64,000 nt of DNA from Epithemia pelagica (Eukaryota; Protista; Bacillariophyta), in the NCBI GenBank assembly GCA_946965045.2, contig OX337228.1, positions 992,001 through 1,056,000 on the forward strand, written 5' to 3'. Shown here piece by piece: positions 1 through 12,589 of this stretch. The notes beneath the pieces were generated by a model. It saw only the letters and a program-made list of their open reading frames with translations, had not been told where the DNA came from and did not search any database. The stretch's first letter is position 1. Each line of letters starts with the position of its first letter. Both the position numbers and the translations under genes were made by a program.

Positions 1-766
1 ACTCCCCTTGACTTTTTTGTTATCCACGAAGACGGCGACTCTGGGTGGTCGACTCGGGTTCCAGTCTGTGATGGCAACGACAAGATCAAGAGTTTGTAAG
101 AACCGCTGACGTAGACAGTCTCCACGGGTGGATCCCTGTGACTGTGGCTGTGGCTGTCATGCGCGTCCCAATGGGAATGGTCCGACAGTGTGTACTCGAG
201 GTGCTCACTGAACGTTCAAGTTTCGTGAAATGCTCCTGTCTTCTTCTACTACCACTTGTATCGGAAAGCACGACCGGGAGGATCCGTTCCACCAAGGAAC
301 TCTTGCTTCTTCCTCCTTTTGTTGTGATTCCATTACGTGTTTGTGCGGATTCGCACACCATGTTGTTTCTTGATGTCACTTTATACGACGACAGGAAGCC
401 CGCGTAGTCAAGAACGAAGTGTGTGTCTGAGGAAAAGAGTCCATCACCCCCCAAAGTCTCCAGGAGTGAGAGATTCCAACATATCTCATAAAGAGTGGAT
501 GAATCCACTTCTCTTTTGAAACCCTTCACAACGAGGTATAGGAGACAGCTGTTCATTCATACTTTAGTCTCAGTATGTGATGGTATTAGGTAGTCGTTCA
601 GATACATACAGCCCGGATTTTTTTCAATGAAGTCTGTCAAAATCAAACGTGGATGGACTCAAAACTCCATTGTCCCTCCTACTCCCTATTCATAGCTCAG
701 TCGTACAAGTCCTATTTCTTGAGTCACTAGAGGCTGTCCCTGCAGATGCAGATCCCAATGGTCAAC

Positions 767-2008
767 CATTCGCCATTAAATCCCCTCCATTTTGGTGAGG
801 CGGCCAGACAAATCCCCAACCCTATCCTTTTTTCAATGTCGCCCGCCACTTCTCCAGGTAGCTCTAAGTATCTCTAATTGCCAACACCGTTACATCAAGG
901 TCGGCTTGCGTCCAGCTTCCTCGGATTTGGTTTCTTGTTTAGGACGAATCCTCACAAAATTGGGCAACCCTCTCGTTCACGTCTCTCACAAAACCCAAAA
1001 CCGAGGCACATGACATGAGGTATGAACCATGGACGAATCATGCTGGGCTGAATCGCTTCTAACTTCTCACTACTGCTGCTTAGTTCTAATCTTCTTGTCT
1101 CCTTTTCTTTCTTCTTACTCATCACTGCTGCAATCTTTCCTTTCGTTCATGCATAATCCTTTGGTTTTGTCTCATGTTGTACGCGTAGACTAGTAGGTAT
1201 AAGCTGCTTGTGGTCAAGTGGAATATCTATCCCTTTCCCCTTGTTGCAATTCTTTTGTTGTTTGATTGTTGGCTGGTTGGTTACTTTTATGTCTTCTGTA
1301 GGATAGATCATTCTCAATCATTTCTCAACGACCAAACATGTTGTTGTTTTTGCTTCCACACCTTACCTTCCAATTATCAGCACCTAGATCTAGAGTCATA
1401 CAGCGAATGATTCAATTCGTAGCTGTAGATGCGTGTAAGAGCTGCTCTGTCGTGTGTTCATGGTGGAACTGAGGGTCATCGACGTGCTCAAAACAGAAAA
1501 CAGATGTACAACACGCATACAGGAGGCACTTAACTCTATAGATGGCTAGCACATGAGTTCTATTTCTAGTGAATAAAGAAAAGAAGGTTTATAGTCTGTG
1601 GATGAATGCAATGAAAGTTATGGACTCATTTCGACAGAAATGAACAATGGCAAGTAATTAGCTGCTGAGCCAGAGACACAGCAGATGAGCAGACGCTCGT
1701 CCAGTGAGCAGAGCAAGCAAAAGAGACAAGTGTGAGTGAGCATGAGCAATGTAATTGTCATGGCAATCCGCAATGGATCAAGCTCACCTGGAATGCCATT
1801 AATCCGATGTGCTTTGGCAAGAGAAAAGGATTGTGTGCTTGTTACTTGTCCGACATTATGAAACAACCAACCGTCATCCACGCAGGGCCGCTGGAGAGCT
1901 GGCAAAGCCACTCATTTGAGAGCAAGCTCTTCCAAGCACGTGTCCAGGACACGCGACCGAATTTGGTCTGGCCGCCTCACCAAAATGGAGGGGATTTAAT
2001 GGCGAATG
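767..2008. repeat. Pair of perfect 43-bp inverted repeats (767-809 and 1966-2008), possibly a decayed TIR element
   Basis: cattcgccattaaatcccctccattttggtgaggcggccagac at 767-809 is the exact reverse complement of 1966-2008. No target-site duplication is evident and the interior has only stop-riddled ORFs. Confidence 0.8.
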
Positions 2009-3387
2009 TTCCTCGCAGTCCCCAGTCCCCATCTGGATCGTGGAGCGGAAGCGAACTTGTCCTGTGTCAGAATTTCTCTTCTACAGTACTATAGAAATTG
2101 TTTTGAAATCTCGTTGCTCTACAATTAGAGAGAGTACCATTCTATTAGGTGATGTTAGCCTTCTTAAGTATCCTTGTCTCATTCATTCGATACGGCTACA
2201 TGCCATCCTAGTTATTCGTGTCACGTCAATGAAGAACTCGCCACAAGCAGAGCTCCCAACTCTCAACGTCTCCGCATTGGTCATTGGAAACGTCGCACAT
2301 TCTACTTTTCCGCGGTCCTTTCGTGGAACCAAGACGGAATTCGTGAATTTGATACTTGCTGTCAGAGTCGTGTGCGTCGTGGCACCTCTTCAACCGTTGA
2401 GTAGTAGTTTAGGCGCGCAAATCCCGCGAACGGAAAATCTGGGCGTCCGGGGCAATGATTGCCGCTCTTCGGTCAGTCACATGCAACGCGTGATGGCTTC
2501 GCATCGAGTAGTTCCAAGATTTCGAAGCGAGTATTTTCACTTAGAGAATCTCGCTGTTTGTGGAAGGACAATGGATGGGGAGTGAATATTTTCCGGAGGG
2601 ACGGCCAGCGTCCCCCCCTTTACTTATTACAGCCTCATAAGCACAACGCTGGCGGGGAGAGTGTATTTAGGTTCACGACAGAGCCAGACCGTCCACTCCA
2701 GGTGTAATGTATGGAATCGTTGCGTCTGTCCAGTACGGAGGGTGTGCCAGGGTGTGGGTGGCGCTAGCAAAAGCGTGGTGAGAAAGAGCGGTTGGTGGTG
2801 GGTGTGGGTACGGTTGTCGGTGGTGCAGCCAAAGTGATCGCAGAGTTGAGAGGCCCTCGTCGAGAGAGGAAACTGTTCACCCATAGAAAGCATTTCAAGA
2901 TCGCAGACATTAAAACTATCAGAGTCACCATCTCACCGACGCACTCTTGTAACTCTTGTTTGGGGTGGACGGAACAAACAGTGTGATTGAAACGAAGTTC
3001 GATAATTTGCCAAAGAAACGAGTGTGTTTCTGTTGGTGCACCACAACTTTGGTACTGGTGAATCTTTTGGACATCAGGTAAGGATACACTTGATTTGTTG
3101 GTTTTGTAATGTTGCGGCATGGATGAAGAGCATGCAAGAGTTTGATCTTTGATCAGTCTTCCACATCACTCGAACTTTCTTGAAGTCCTGGTAATTTTTC
3201 AAGTTACCCCTTACTTGGGGGAAACGAAGCGAAATGATAAACTCGCCGTTTTTGTTGTGGTTTTCCTGCACCGATCATTGCCTGCGTGCCGTTGTGTGTG
3301 TGTGTTGTTTCGTTTTTGATATTCCCTTCGATGGGTTGGATTGGTGGTTGTCATCGTCGTTTGTTGTAGCATGTTATTGATTGTAAG

Positions 3388-6300
3388 ATGGATTCCGATG
3401 ACATTGATGTTACCTCAAATGGATGTGGATTTGTGCCATCATTGGAGTTATTATCCACCCTTCGTTGTGACACGCATGTCATACCATGGCTGTGTAGTGC
3501 TCTTGTCGAGATAAAACTGCATCATATCTCACTTTTAATGCTGTTCTTTCTCCAATCACCAGGCGGCATAAGCTGTGGATGTAACATCAGCAAAACTGCA
3601 AGTCCTCCTCTTTTGAACATTCGAGCTACCGAGTCATCTACCATTGCACGTTCTGCTGTACTTGGTAGTCCATCGTCTTCTTCCACCTCATCATTCAAGT
3701 CTTTGGCTTTCACCCTTTCAGCAGCTTCTGCTGAGAGAATGAACGCGTGCACTTTGGCTACTACATCAACCTCATCTAGTAGTAGCAGTCATCCGAAGCG
3801 AAAACTTGTTCGACCCGTGGCGTCCTCGTCCCCCTTGGACAAAATCAGAACATCTCCCGTCTGTAGCACCATGCTGGCTCCAAGAAAGTCTCAGGTCAAC
3901 GACAGTGCATCACACTCTATTGCAGAAGAAGCTCTTTCCACTGGCTCTGTGACAACTGCAAGGCATCATGTGGAAAAGGGAAACGAGAAACAAGTTCGTT
4001 TTGGAGCGAACCGAAGTGTAGCAACCATGGATGTTCCAGATACACAGGAGCAACTCGATGACGGTCAACAACCGCAACATCGATATGTCTCTCCTAGTCG
4101 TTCCATGACGAGCAATTGTAGTGGTGGAACCAAAAATCCTCTTCAATCGGGGGTGTCGCGAGACGAAGAAGAAGAGGATCATGGCATTCCGACGGCAGTA
4201 TTGGAATACAAAACCTATCGCAGTCCAGATCGAGCCAGTGATGCTCTGGTGACCAATGGGACGGACACATCAATGTCCAAGCTGGGCCACGGGGAGGACG
4301 TGCCGAGTTTATGCAGTAGTCGCAGCAACAGTGACAGTGCATCTCCAACCCTAGGAACGTCATCGGCTTTGAATCAATCCAAATTCACCAGTATTTCCAA
4401 GGCTGACAAAGTGTCCGAGAAATGCAAACCGGACACAAACGATCGCGCCACTGGAGGACGTTCGGAAGACGATGATGTAAGTGTTGTCACCCGAAAGATT
4501 TTTATTGAATTGTGATGGATCATATCCCTGACTTTTCGTATTGTTTTTAGTTCTTGTCTCCACCACCTAAGACGGCGTCATCCACAGCGGCACAGGTCTC
4601 GTCTGAATTCAAGTTCCTACCCACGTCCCCCAAGTCATCTTCCTTTTCACGTGCAACTTTCGATGAGAAGAAAGGATCGGACGAGGATGCTGTTCTTGAC
4701 AGGGAAATGGAGCACCACTCAAAGATGGGGGATGTCGTCGATGATTTTGTTCCTCAGACTCCTCGCAGTAGGGATGTGTCCACGCCGACTGACTTTGCGG
4801 AAGACTACGGAAAAGGGGGTTCGAATTGTAACTTGTTTGATACTTCGAACGTCTTGGCATGGCTCCAATCACCCACCGCGCATGGACTGTTCTCTCCCGG
4901 AGGTGGACTTGGATCCTTGATGAACACACCAGCTGGCAATGCCATGCCGCGTACACCCCGGACACCCACGGTTAGTACGTCGTTTTTCTTTTCAGATGTG
5001 GCGAGCCTACCCAAAACAACAGAAACGACCCCCAAACCGGATGGTGCCAAGTCGCAAAAGGGAGGTTCGAACATTATCTGTATATCGCCTCTTGCATCGA
5101 CTAAAGGTCGCCCGGATAACACTGTGTCGATCAACACTCCTCTAAACTTCAAAGATATCTTTGCGTCACCCAAGGAACGAGGTAAACCGTTGCCTCTATT
5201 GGGGGATACGCCCTGCAGGACGGAGCGTCCACGTGGAAAACAACGCAAGGGCAAGAGGGGTGATCCTAGTTTGGACGCTGTGCATTTGGCAGAACGTGAT
5301 CTTTACGAAGATGAAGATCTCAACGTTTTGCTACAACTGGCGTCCAATACCCCTGGAGTGGGTGACACATCCAATGGAGTGGTGTTTCGGTCACCGCCAG
5401 GCCTTAACAAAAAGGGGGACGCCGCGGAAGCAAATGGGGATAGTACATTTTCTGGGCTTGCACTGCCCATGATTGGAGGTGACAACGATGGGGAAACGAG
5501 CAACAAGACAAGACTCCAGCAAAAATCTGGTGGAAGAAGTGCCTTGACGGATGAAACGTTTGGTCTTCCGCAATTGGGAATGCGGTCAAGTTCCTCTAGT
5601 GGATCAACATCCAAAGAGATAAAGTCCAAACCTAGTACTGTCGGAAGCAGTAACAAGGTGCTGAACGATAAGTCGAACAGCAAAGAGAAGAATGTAAACT
5701 CCTCATCGGCAATGAAGTCATCTGCCAGTGGATCATTGCCCAACCCTTATCACATGGCGCCGCCCTTTCCTCCAGGCCCCGCGGACATGCATGCTTATTA
5801 CCCGATGTCAGGGATGCCACCTGTTCCACCAAATTCGACCGGAAGCATGCGTGTCGTTGTGGGAGGACAACCTCCTTCCCGCCGAAACAGCACCGGTGGA
5901 ACAAACAACAATAGTAGCAATGGAAGTGGAAAGGAGAGACAAGGGAATTCCCCTCCACCACATCCACCCTTTCATGAATACCCTCCTGCACCTGGCAATA
6001 TGCCATATCCGCCTCCACCTCCGGGTATGTTTTCCACTTATCCAGCCTACAATGGAATGGGCAGATATCCTCCATACAGTCACTATCCACCTCCTCCGCC
6101 CCGGCCGATGCCCATGTACAACGCACAGCGTCCTACATCTGCTGGAAGCGCCACGTCTACCAAAGATGTCAAACGAAAAGGCACAGGGTCGACCAAAGGA
6201 GTTGGTAGTGTTGGGCCGAAAGGAATCCCACAGGGAGTCAACAAAAGAGCAGCGCCTCCATCGATTGGGAAGCATGAGGGAGAGACTGTGGCACCGGCTG

Positions 6301-6761
6301 GTCTAGTAACATCTACAGGTATCCCATCATCTGGAGCATCATCGTCTCCAAATAAGAAACAAAAGAAGTCACCAGGAGATCGACCAACTAAGAAGAAGAA
6401 CAGATCGCCACCACTCACGGACCGAGGGGACCGCGAAAAGGCGGCGGCTACCATCCATTCCGTCAATCAAGCGAGTGGTGGAAAGAATGACCGCGCAGCA
6501 GCCTTGGCAGCTGCGATTTTACGTGGTGTGACAATGCGTCCATCTGGAAAGTGGCAAGCCCAGCTGTATTTTGCTGGCAAGTCACGATACATTGGAGTCT
6601 TTGACACAAGGGAGAAGGCCGCGTTAGCTTATGAAATTGCCCGAGAGAAGCTCAAGTCTGGTCCGTCCGAGGGAGGACTGTCGGCAAAATCTACCGAGAA
6701 TCTTGTCAATACAGCACGCAAAGCTGCGTTCGATGGTGTCAATGAAAGTTTACCCAAATGA
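3388..6761 (+). CDS. AP2/ERF-domain transcription factor (spliced)
   Basis: ORFs 3388-4515 and 4554-6761 join in phase 0 through intron 4477-4550 (GTAAGT...TTTTTAG). C-terminal AP2 domain RGVTMRPSGKWQAQLYFAGKSRYIGVFDTREKAALAYE. A possible additional in-frame intron ends at 3562. Confidence 0.9.
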
Positions 6762-7371
6762 GACAATATTGGTGAAACACGCACTACTGGAGGTTCAAAA
6801 ACAAAATATTTTGAAATGTGCTAAGAAAAAAGAAGCAGAGGATATGGATCAAAAACAGCATGTACAATCACATTGATTCCTCTCGGACTTGACAACCGTG
6901 ACGCTCTTGTGAAATGACAACGATGAAGTAGTGGTGGTTTTTATGACTACAAAACACACATTGCAGTGGACGGATTGGTTTTTTGTGATTTATGTGATGA
7001 ATGGACGAAATGATAGATTCAACTACATAGGCCTGTACTTGCCTTGTCTACCTTTGAAATTCCCGCTACACTTTTTGACGCTGTAGTTGAGGATTACCGT
7101 AAGGTTAGTGTCCGCGCACTGGTATCTTGGGTTCCACTGTGCTTTCCGGAACGGAAATAAGTCTTCGCTATGGACAGATGCTCACATTTGGTGCATTGCA
7201 TGACAGCAAAAGCACTGGAACGAAAGCCGTCATCCTGGTAGGACAGAGCGACGATTTCCAACCTTTTCCCTCTGCGATTTCCAAACTAACTACGGGTGAA
7301 CCGTTTTTGCACTTGAGGGAGGCTTCCTCCTCGGCGATGAACAACGGTAGGTCTACCGATTACCTATTCTT

Positions 7372-8429
7372 TCATGGCAATGGAGCAACACTGGTAAAGA
7401 CTTGTTGATTGGTATTCAAAAAGGGAAACTGATGAGGAACCATTCCCAGTTTCCAAAGAACAAAGGACCAGAGAATGGAATCACAGTCTCCACAGTGGGG
7501 CCAGGGATTGGCGGTGGGTAAAAACAGCAGCCCCAACGACGGCTTCATTATCCACAGGGACGGCGTGGCATACAACTTCCAAAACTCGGTCGAAGCAAAA
7601 CGAAAACTGGGAGAGCGTGGATTGTACGCCACCAACTCGGAGGAATAGAGTTGCATCCGAGGTTCATAGTGGGGCTGATGGTGCAGCCAAGCCTGAGCTG
7701 TGACAAGGGTTTGATTGATCGTCAGCCGAGAGGAGGAGGAGGAGGAGGAAGGGGAGTGGTTTGGGGGCTGTTCGAGCAAGCGCTGCCATTCGCTGTCCAC
7801 GGTGGTCATACCCTTTTTTCGTTTGGTGCGAGTCGGAAATTGCATCCACCCACCACTCGTGTCTTGGTTCCACGATTGTTGTTGTTGCAGCATGGCGTCG
7901 ATTCGACGAAACCAATGAGGGGAATCTTGAAGAACAACATGTTCATCATGATAGACAATGGTGGAACAGGACGACCACAAGGCATGATCGTTTTTTCGTT
8001 CATGTTGTTGCATGGAGGATGGTGGAATGGCGGTACTATTCCATGCCATGAACTTGATCCAAACATGTAGCATTTCTTGTTGTGGTGTTTGTCCTTCCAA
8101 ATGGGACCAGGACCTCCACCACGAGGATGGAGGCGGCAATGGCACGGTTGTCGTGACATGAATCCAGGGTAATGGTGGTTGATAGGATACGGATTGGGGC
8201 AATGGCTTGGTAAAGACCAAAAATTGAAAGTCATCCGTGTCAAAGCTGGAAGGAGGAGCAGTTGGCAGGGAAGGATTGTTTTGATTCTCCTGGGTAGTGC
8301 CGTCGTTCTGGTTCTCTGGTATGTAATGAAAGGTCACAATACAGATTTTCGTCCTGGAAGTACTCGAGTTGAATGGCAGGTTGTGTGGGGTGTGGCCTGG
8401 CCGAACAAAGTCTTTTTCCAGAGGCAGTC

Positions 8430-8490
<61 letters not shown>

Positions 8491-8952
8491 GGGACTTGTT
8501 GTGGTTGCTGCTTCGAGTGTGCTCGTTGTGGCTTGCCAAAACAATGCCATGCCTTGTCCCAACAAAAAGGAAAAGGCCATGGCAACCAACACCATTCCGA
8601 CACCCACGAGACTCTGCTCTATTCTAGGAGACCGTCTACCACCATGATTTCGGTGAGTGGTTGCTGTGGTTTGACCTGGTTGGTGTGACAACACTTCTGG
8701 TTCGGAGTGACTTGTTGTTCTTGTTGTTGTTGTTGTCCTTCCTCGTCGTGGTATTGGTTTGAAGGAGCTCATCCACGACAGGGTATTGGCAACAAACGAG
8801 TGTCGGTCCATTCTTTGGAAAGTACTGGCTGATTCTAGGTGTACTGATCTTGTGTCAATGCTTCTGTTGGTGCTGTTTGTTTCGTCGACGCGCAATGACG
8901 ATACAACGAGACGATCACACATCACACCATTGTCGCGCACACAGAATTCCAT
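7372..8952 (-). CDS. Type II membrane protein with poly-Thr stem, possibly glycosyltransferase-like
   Basis: 526-aa ORF with a single TM (LVGVGMVLVAMAFSFLLG), Thr-rich stem and globular C-terminus. Golgi-enzyme architecture. True start may be ATG 8811 or 8772. Function is a weak inference. Confidence 0.65.
8430..8490. repeat. (TTG)20 microsatellite encoding poly-Thr on the minus strand
   Basis: Uninterrupted ttg run seen directly. Confidence 0.97.
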
Positions 8953-9145
8953 CCATCAACGCCCCCAAATTGGTCTGACTGCCCCTTATATTTTTGATAC
9001 AGCCCTCTTTTACTCGGAAGTTCGTCGAGAAGGGTGATTCACCGTATCAATACGTCATCATCATAACTCTATTTTCTTTCCCTCTTGTCTTGACCCTGAA
9101 GAGCACCGAGAGAGGGAGAAGTATATTCGATACAGATAGTACAAG

Positions 9146-9637
9146 ATGATCAACTTGGCAAGGTATTACATGAAACTGTTGGTACTGTTGCCATTTTCAT
9201 GTCTGGCCTGGGTGTCGATCCCCTCGCCCTCCCGCATGGGCGTTCCATCCCTGGCAGCCACTTCTTCTGACGAGAGCAACCAGGTACAATCCATTTCCCT
9301 GCAGTCCATGTACGATTCCATGTCGGATCCCGATACCTTTGGTCAAGAAATGGCCGAATCGATCCAACGATGGTTGGATTTTGAATGGATGCCGCAAGAA
9401 ATTCACGCCAAAATGGGACAATCGTGCAAACAGTCCCTCTTGCACTGTCACCAAGACGGGGTGGACGATCTCATGTCGGTCATGATGACGGTCGCCAATG
9501 ATTTGCAAGACGATTGGGACAAGGAATACGAACAAGATGCCTTTGTCAGTTCGTGGGACGTGACGAATTACGTGTCGGATTACCTTACCAAAAAGAGTGG
9601 CATTGAAGGCTGTGAATGTTCGGCAAGGATTCATTGA
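9146..9637 (+). CDS. Small probable plastid-targeted conserved protein
   Basis: 163 aa. Signal peptide ending SCLA-W followed by a Ser/Pro-rich transit-like segment (diatom bipartite presequence pattern). Core IQRWLDFEWMPQEIH...FVSSWDVTNYVSD resembles conserved algal/cyanobacterial hypothetical proteins (from memory). Confidence 0.75.
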   Translation: MINLARYYMKLLVLLPFSCLAWVSIPSPSRMGVPSLAATSSDESNQVQSISLQSMYDSMSDPDTFGQEMAESIQRWLDFEWMPQEIHAKMGQSCKQSLLHCHQDGVDDLMSVMMTVANDLQDDWDKEYEQDAFVSSWDVTNYVSDYLTKKSGIEGCECSARIH

Positions 9638-10232
9638 AAGCATACGTGCAAGAGAGAGATTTCAGAGGCCCAAAACATTAGATGGATTTGGGGAGCACCG
9701 TTCGTGGTGGGGAGCGTCATCCTCCTTTCAACAAGAACTAAAACGCATCCCATGTGTTGTCAATGGTCACCAGCACGTGGGTGAGGTCCAACGTACACGT
9801 CTTCTTCTATGAAACCCATGATTTGTCGGAACCCTAACTCATAGACCCTTCGTAAAGCACTACCTAAAACTTAGATTTGTGGGCTAGTAGCAGACAAGAA
9901 AGAAAGATGCAAGTATTCATTCACCAGCGCACTTGTTCTTGCAGTACAGCATGGGTGGGACAGTGATTGAGTGTCCTCGTACTTAGTACTTAGTTACTTT
10001 GCGTGTTGCAGTAAGTACGACCCCCGAATCTACAGGATTGTATCGCTTGGCTACTTTTGTCAGATATGGAAGCGGGTGGCTGTTCGCTTCCTCTTGCATG
10101 GTATTCAGGATCACTCGGTACAGTTCCATGATGAGATAACGGGTCTATGAAAGTATCGGTATTGACTGTGCCTCGTTGTTGGCAATTGCACCATGTCTCC
10201 ACATCATACTCAACAGCCAAGACGATCATCCT

Positions 10233-11477
10233 TCAAGTCGACAAGGCAACGCGGACACCTTGACCGTGAGCTTGCTGTTGCAGGTTGTTTGGGGCTACGG
10301 CAACAACAGAGTTGGCACGTTGTCGTTTGGGAAGGTTGGTCCAGAGATCCAGAGAATAGTCCTTTTGGACACGCTCGTAGAGTTCTTGATCCATTCTTGT
10401 CTTGTTCCTAATGTGCTCCGTGGCATTTCGTGATAAACCTCGTAGTTCAATCTTGTTGGGTTTGTGGTTTCGGTTTTTTAGTGGGACACTGACGGCCGCG
10501 TCGACCCGCCCTTCCATCATGTAGGCCAGGAGTGGCAACGTGTCCTTGTGAAGCGTTTCGACCGTTCCAATCCAATCCACCGTTCGTGTCATGACCTGGT
10601 AGGCATGTCGACATTCGGAAGACGTCAGATTGCGTCCAAACAAGGGAAAGAGTTTGGTGGTGGCCCGTTCGCCACGGGCAAAATACAGACATTGAGGATT
10701 GGGTAAGGTAATGCGGCAAAAGTCCGCTTCATTGTTTTCTCCCTGCTCATACATATTTTTGCGACTTTTGAGATTTTGATAATTGTAAAAGCTCACGGCA
10801 TGGCTCAGTGGTTCCCGAACCGTGGACAGAACAAAAAAGGGAACGTGATTTACGTTGGCCCGTTGTCGCAAGTTGTGCAGCGCCGTTTCCAGTTCCACCA
10901 GACTGGGATCGGGGCCCAAATGAATCTCCACCACCAATGTATGGTTGCCCATACCTTCCACCACTCGTTTCATTTCCTCCAAGTTCCGGATAAAATTGGA
11001 TTGCCAAATCACTTGCACCCACCCACGTGGTTCGTACCGTTGCAAAAAGGATCGAATGGTCGTCCCCGCATTTTTGGCCACATGAAAGAAAATCAACAGT
11101 CCCGCTCGGTCCGTAAAGGTTGGCAAGGCTCGAGGAACACTCACCAGACTTGGGGGGTCAGCGGTAGCTTGCAGTGGTGTCATGTGGACGCAATCTTCCG
11201 GTGACTGTCCCGGCGTCCCCAGTCTCGAATGTCCTGAAAAGAGGAGAGAAGCCGTATTGCGGTGATGGTTCGACAGACGATAGGAGAAGAGTATCGTGGA
11301 AAACAGAGATGCTCCTGTCAAGAAAAGGGCCAGCCAGGAAGAGAAGGACGACGAGGACGATGATTGTCGTTTGGTGGCACCTCGTTCCGTCTTTCTCGTC
11401 GCTTCGCCCGACGACGATGACGACGACGTTTGTTTTCGTTTGGATAGTGCCGACATGGAATTAGCCATTGCTTTCAC
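10233..11477 (-). CDS. Golgi-type sulfotransferase family protein
   Basis: N-terminal TM, 5'-PSB motif FFHVAKNAGTTIR and 3'-PB motif VREPLSHAVSFYNY. Confidence 0.85.
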   Translation of the reverse strand: MKAMANSMSALSKRKQTSSSSSSGEATRKTERGATKRQSSSSSSFSSWLALFLTGASLFSTILFSYRLSNHHRNTASLLFSGHSRLGTPGQSPEDCVHMTPLQATADPPSLVSVPRALPTFTDRAGLLIFFHVAKNAGTTIRSFLQRYEPRGWVQVIWQSNFIRNLEEMKRVVEGMGNHTLVVEIHLGPDPSLVELETALHNLRQRANVNHVPFFVLSTVREPLSHAVSFYNYQNLKSRKNMYEQGENNEADFCRITLPNPQCLYFARGERATTKLFPLFGRNLTSSECRHAYQVMTRTVDWIGTVETLHKDTLPLLAYMMEGRVDAAVSVPLKNRNHKPNKIELRGLSRNATEHIRNKTRMDQELYERVQKDYSLDLWTNLPKRQRANSVVAVAPNNLQQQAHGQGVRVALST

Positions 11478-11704
11478 TGGAGGGATCCAATGGCGAGCCC
11501 GGTTGTAAGGTTACCTTTAATCCTTGGGAAGAAATATGACCGTTGCGACTCGAAAATTTCGTTCCGAGACATCATGTTACGTTTATGCGACTGATTGAAT
11601 CGCATTTTTATAAAGGGTCTAGACCACGAAGCTCGCAAGAAATCCTTTATGCGAGCCTTTGGAGCTCCCAATCTTTAGATTTTAGATACACAGTATTTTA
11701 CTAA

Positions 11705-11897
11705 CTCCATACCAGACTGTGTAGGTAGTTCGTCTCACATTTTTATACTACAGTAGGAATTTTTTGTACGACCGGGAAGTAGTTTCGTGCGAGTCGCGCG
11801 GTTTCCCTCTCGTGTGTGACACTTGTGTGACACTTGTGTGACACTTTGTGACATGGCTTCTAGGAATTTCTCACTACCTACACAGCTTGATAGGGAG
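11705..11897. mobile_element. Stowaway/Tc1-mariner-like MITE A
   Basis: Imperfect ~28-bp TIRs (ctccataccagactgtgtaggtagt / actacctacacagcttgatagggag). The right end reads CTCCCT on the minus strand and is followed by TA. The left TA is not intact. Confidence 0.6.
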
Positions 11898-11908
11898 TAA
11901 GTTTACTA

Positions 11909-12078
11909 CTTCCCTGTGTCTGGCCGTCCTCTCGCGTCGGGCGCGCCCGGCTTGTCGGGAGAATGACTCGACGGGCAATTGTCTTGTCGGGCGTGCGCCC
12001 TCCTCGACCATTGCCCTCCTCGTCATTCTACCCTCCGCGCCGGGTGGTCCCTCCTTGAAAGGACTCGACACCGGGAAG
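11909..12078. mobile_element. 170-bp MITE B with TA target duplication
   Basis: TA|cttccctgtgtc ... gacaccgggaag|TA; 11/12-bp TIR match. Confidence 0.65.
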
Positions 12079-12589
12079 TATTAATACTAACTCCATACCA
12101 GACTGTGTAGGTAGTTCGTCTCACATTTTTATACTACAGTAGGAATTTTTTGTACGACCGGGAAGTAGTTTCGTGCGAGTCGCGCGGTTTCCCTCTCGTG
12201 TGTGACACTTGTGTGACACTTGTGTGACACTTTGTGACATGGCTTCCAGGAATTTCTCACTACCTACACAGCTTGATAGGGAGTAAGACGCCCTCCTCGA
12301 CCATTGCCCTCCTCGTCATTCTACCCTCCGCGCCGGGCGGTCCCTCCTTGAAAGGACTCGACACCGGGAAGTATTAATACTACTAGAGGGAAAACACAGC
12401 AGGAGTGTCCTTCTCTTCAGGTAATAGGAATCGAACTTCATGTGCGGACTGGGTCACGCTCGCACACGCAACGAGACACATAGCGCCAATCCCACGACGC
12501 GACGAGCATCTTTCTCGCTCGCCATTGGTGGTGGGAACACAACACGACCGTTGCAAGGATCATTGTGACTATTTCATTGGGATAGGATC

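Larger units (their letters stand above)
11699..12377. repeat. Tandem duplication: 386-bp unit plus a 293-bp copy with a 93-bp internal deletion
   Basis: Units start at 11699 and 12085 (tactaactccataccagactg). The copy lacks the segment between gggagtaag and cgccctcctcg. Each unit has a short gtgtgacactt tandem array. Confidence 0.95.

Noticed and set aside
86-1410. ORF 86-556 and coding-like minus-strand sequence to ~1400
   Set aside because: All frames are interrupted by stops and have no recognisable motif. Probably a decayed TE or gene remnant, which I cannot assign.
8179-8688. Poly-Cys, poly-Val, poly-Leu, poly-Gln and poly-Asn ORFs
   Set aside because: Alternative readings of the (TTG)20 microsatellite inside the real minus-strand gene.
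11810-11850. CRISPR-like short repeats (also the 42-bp and 131-bp duplications)
   Set aside because: Head-to-tail tandem repeats without unique spacers; no cas genes; eukaryotic context.
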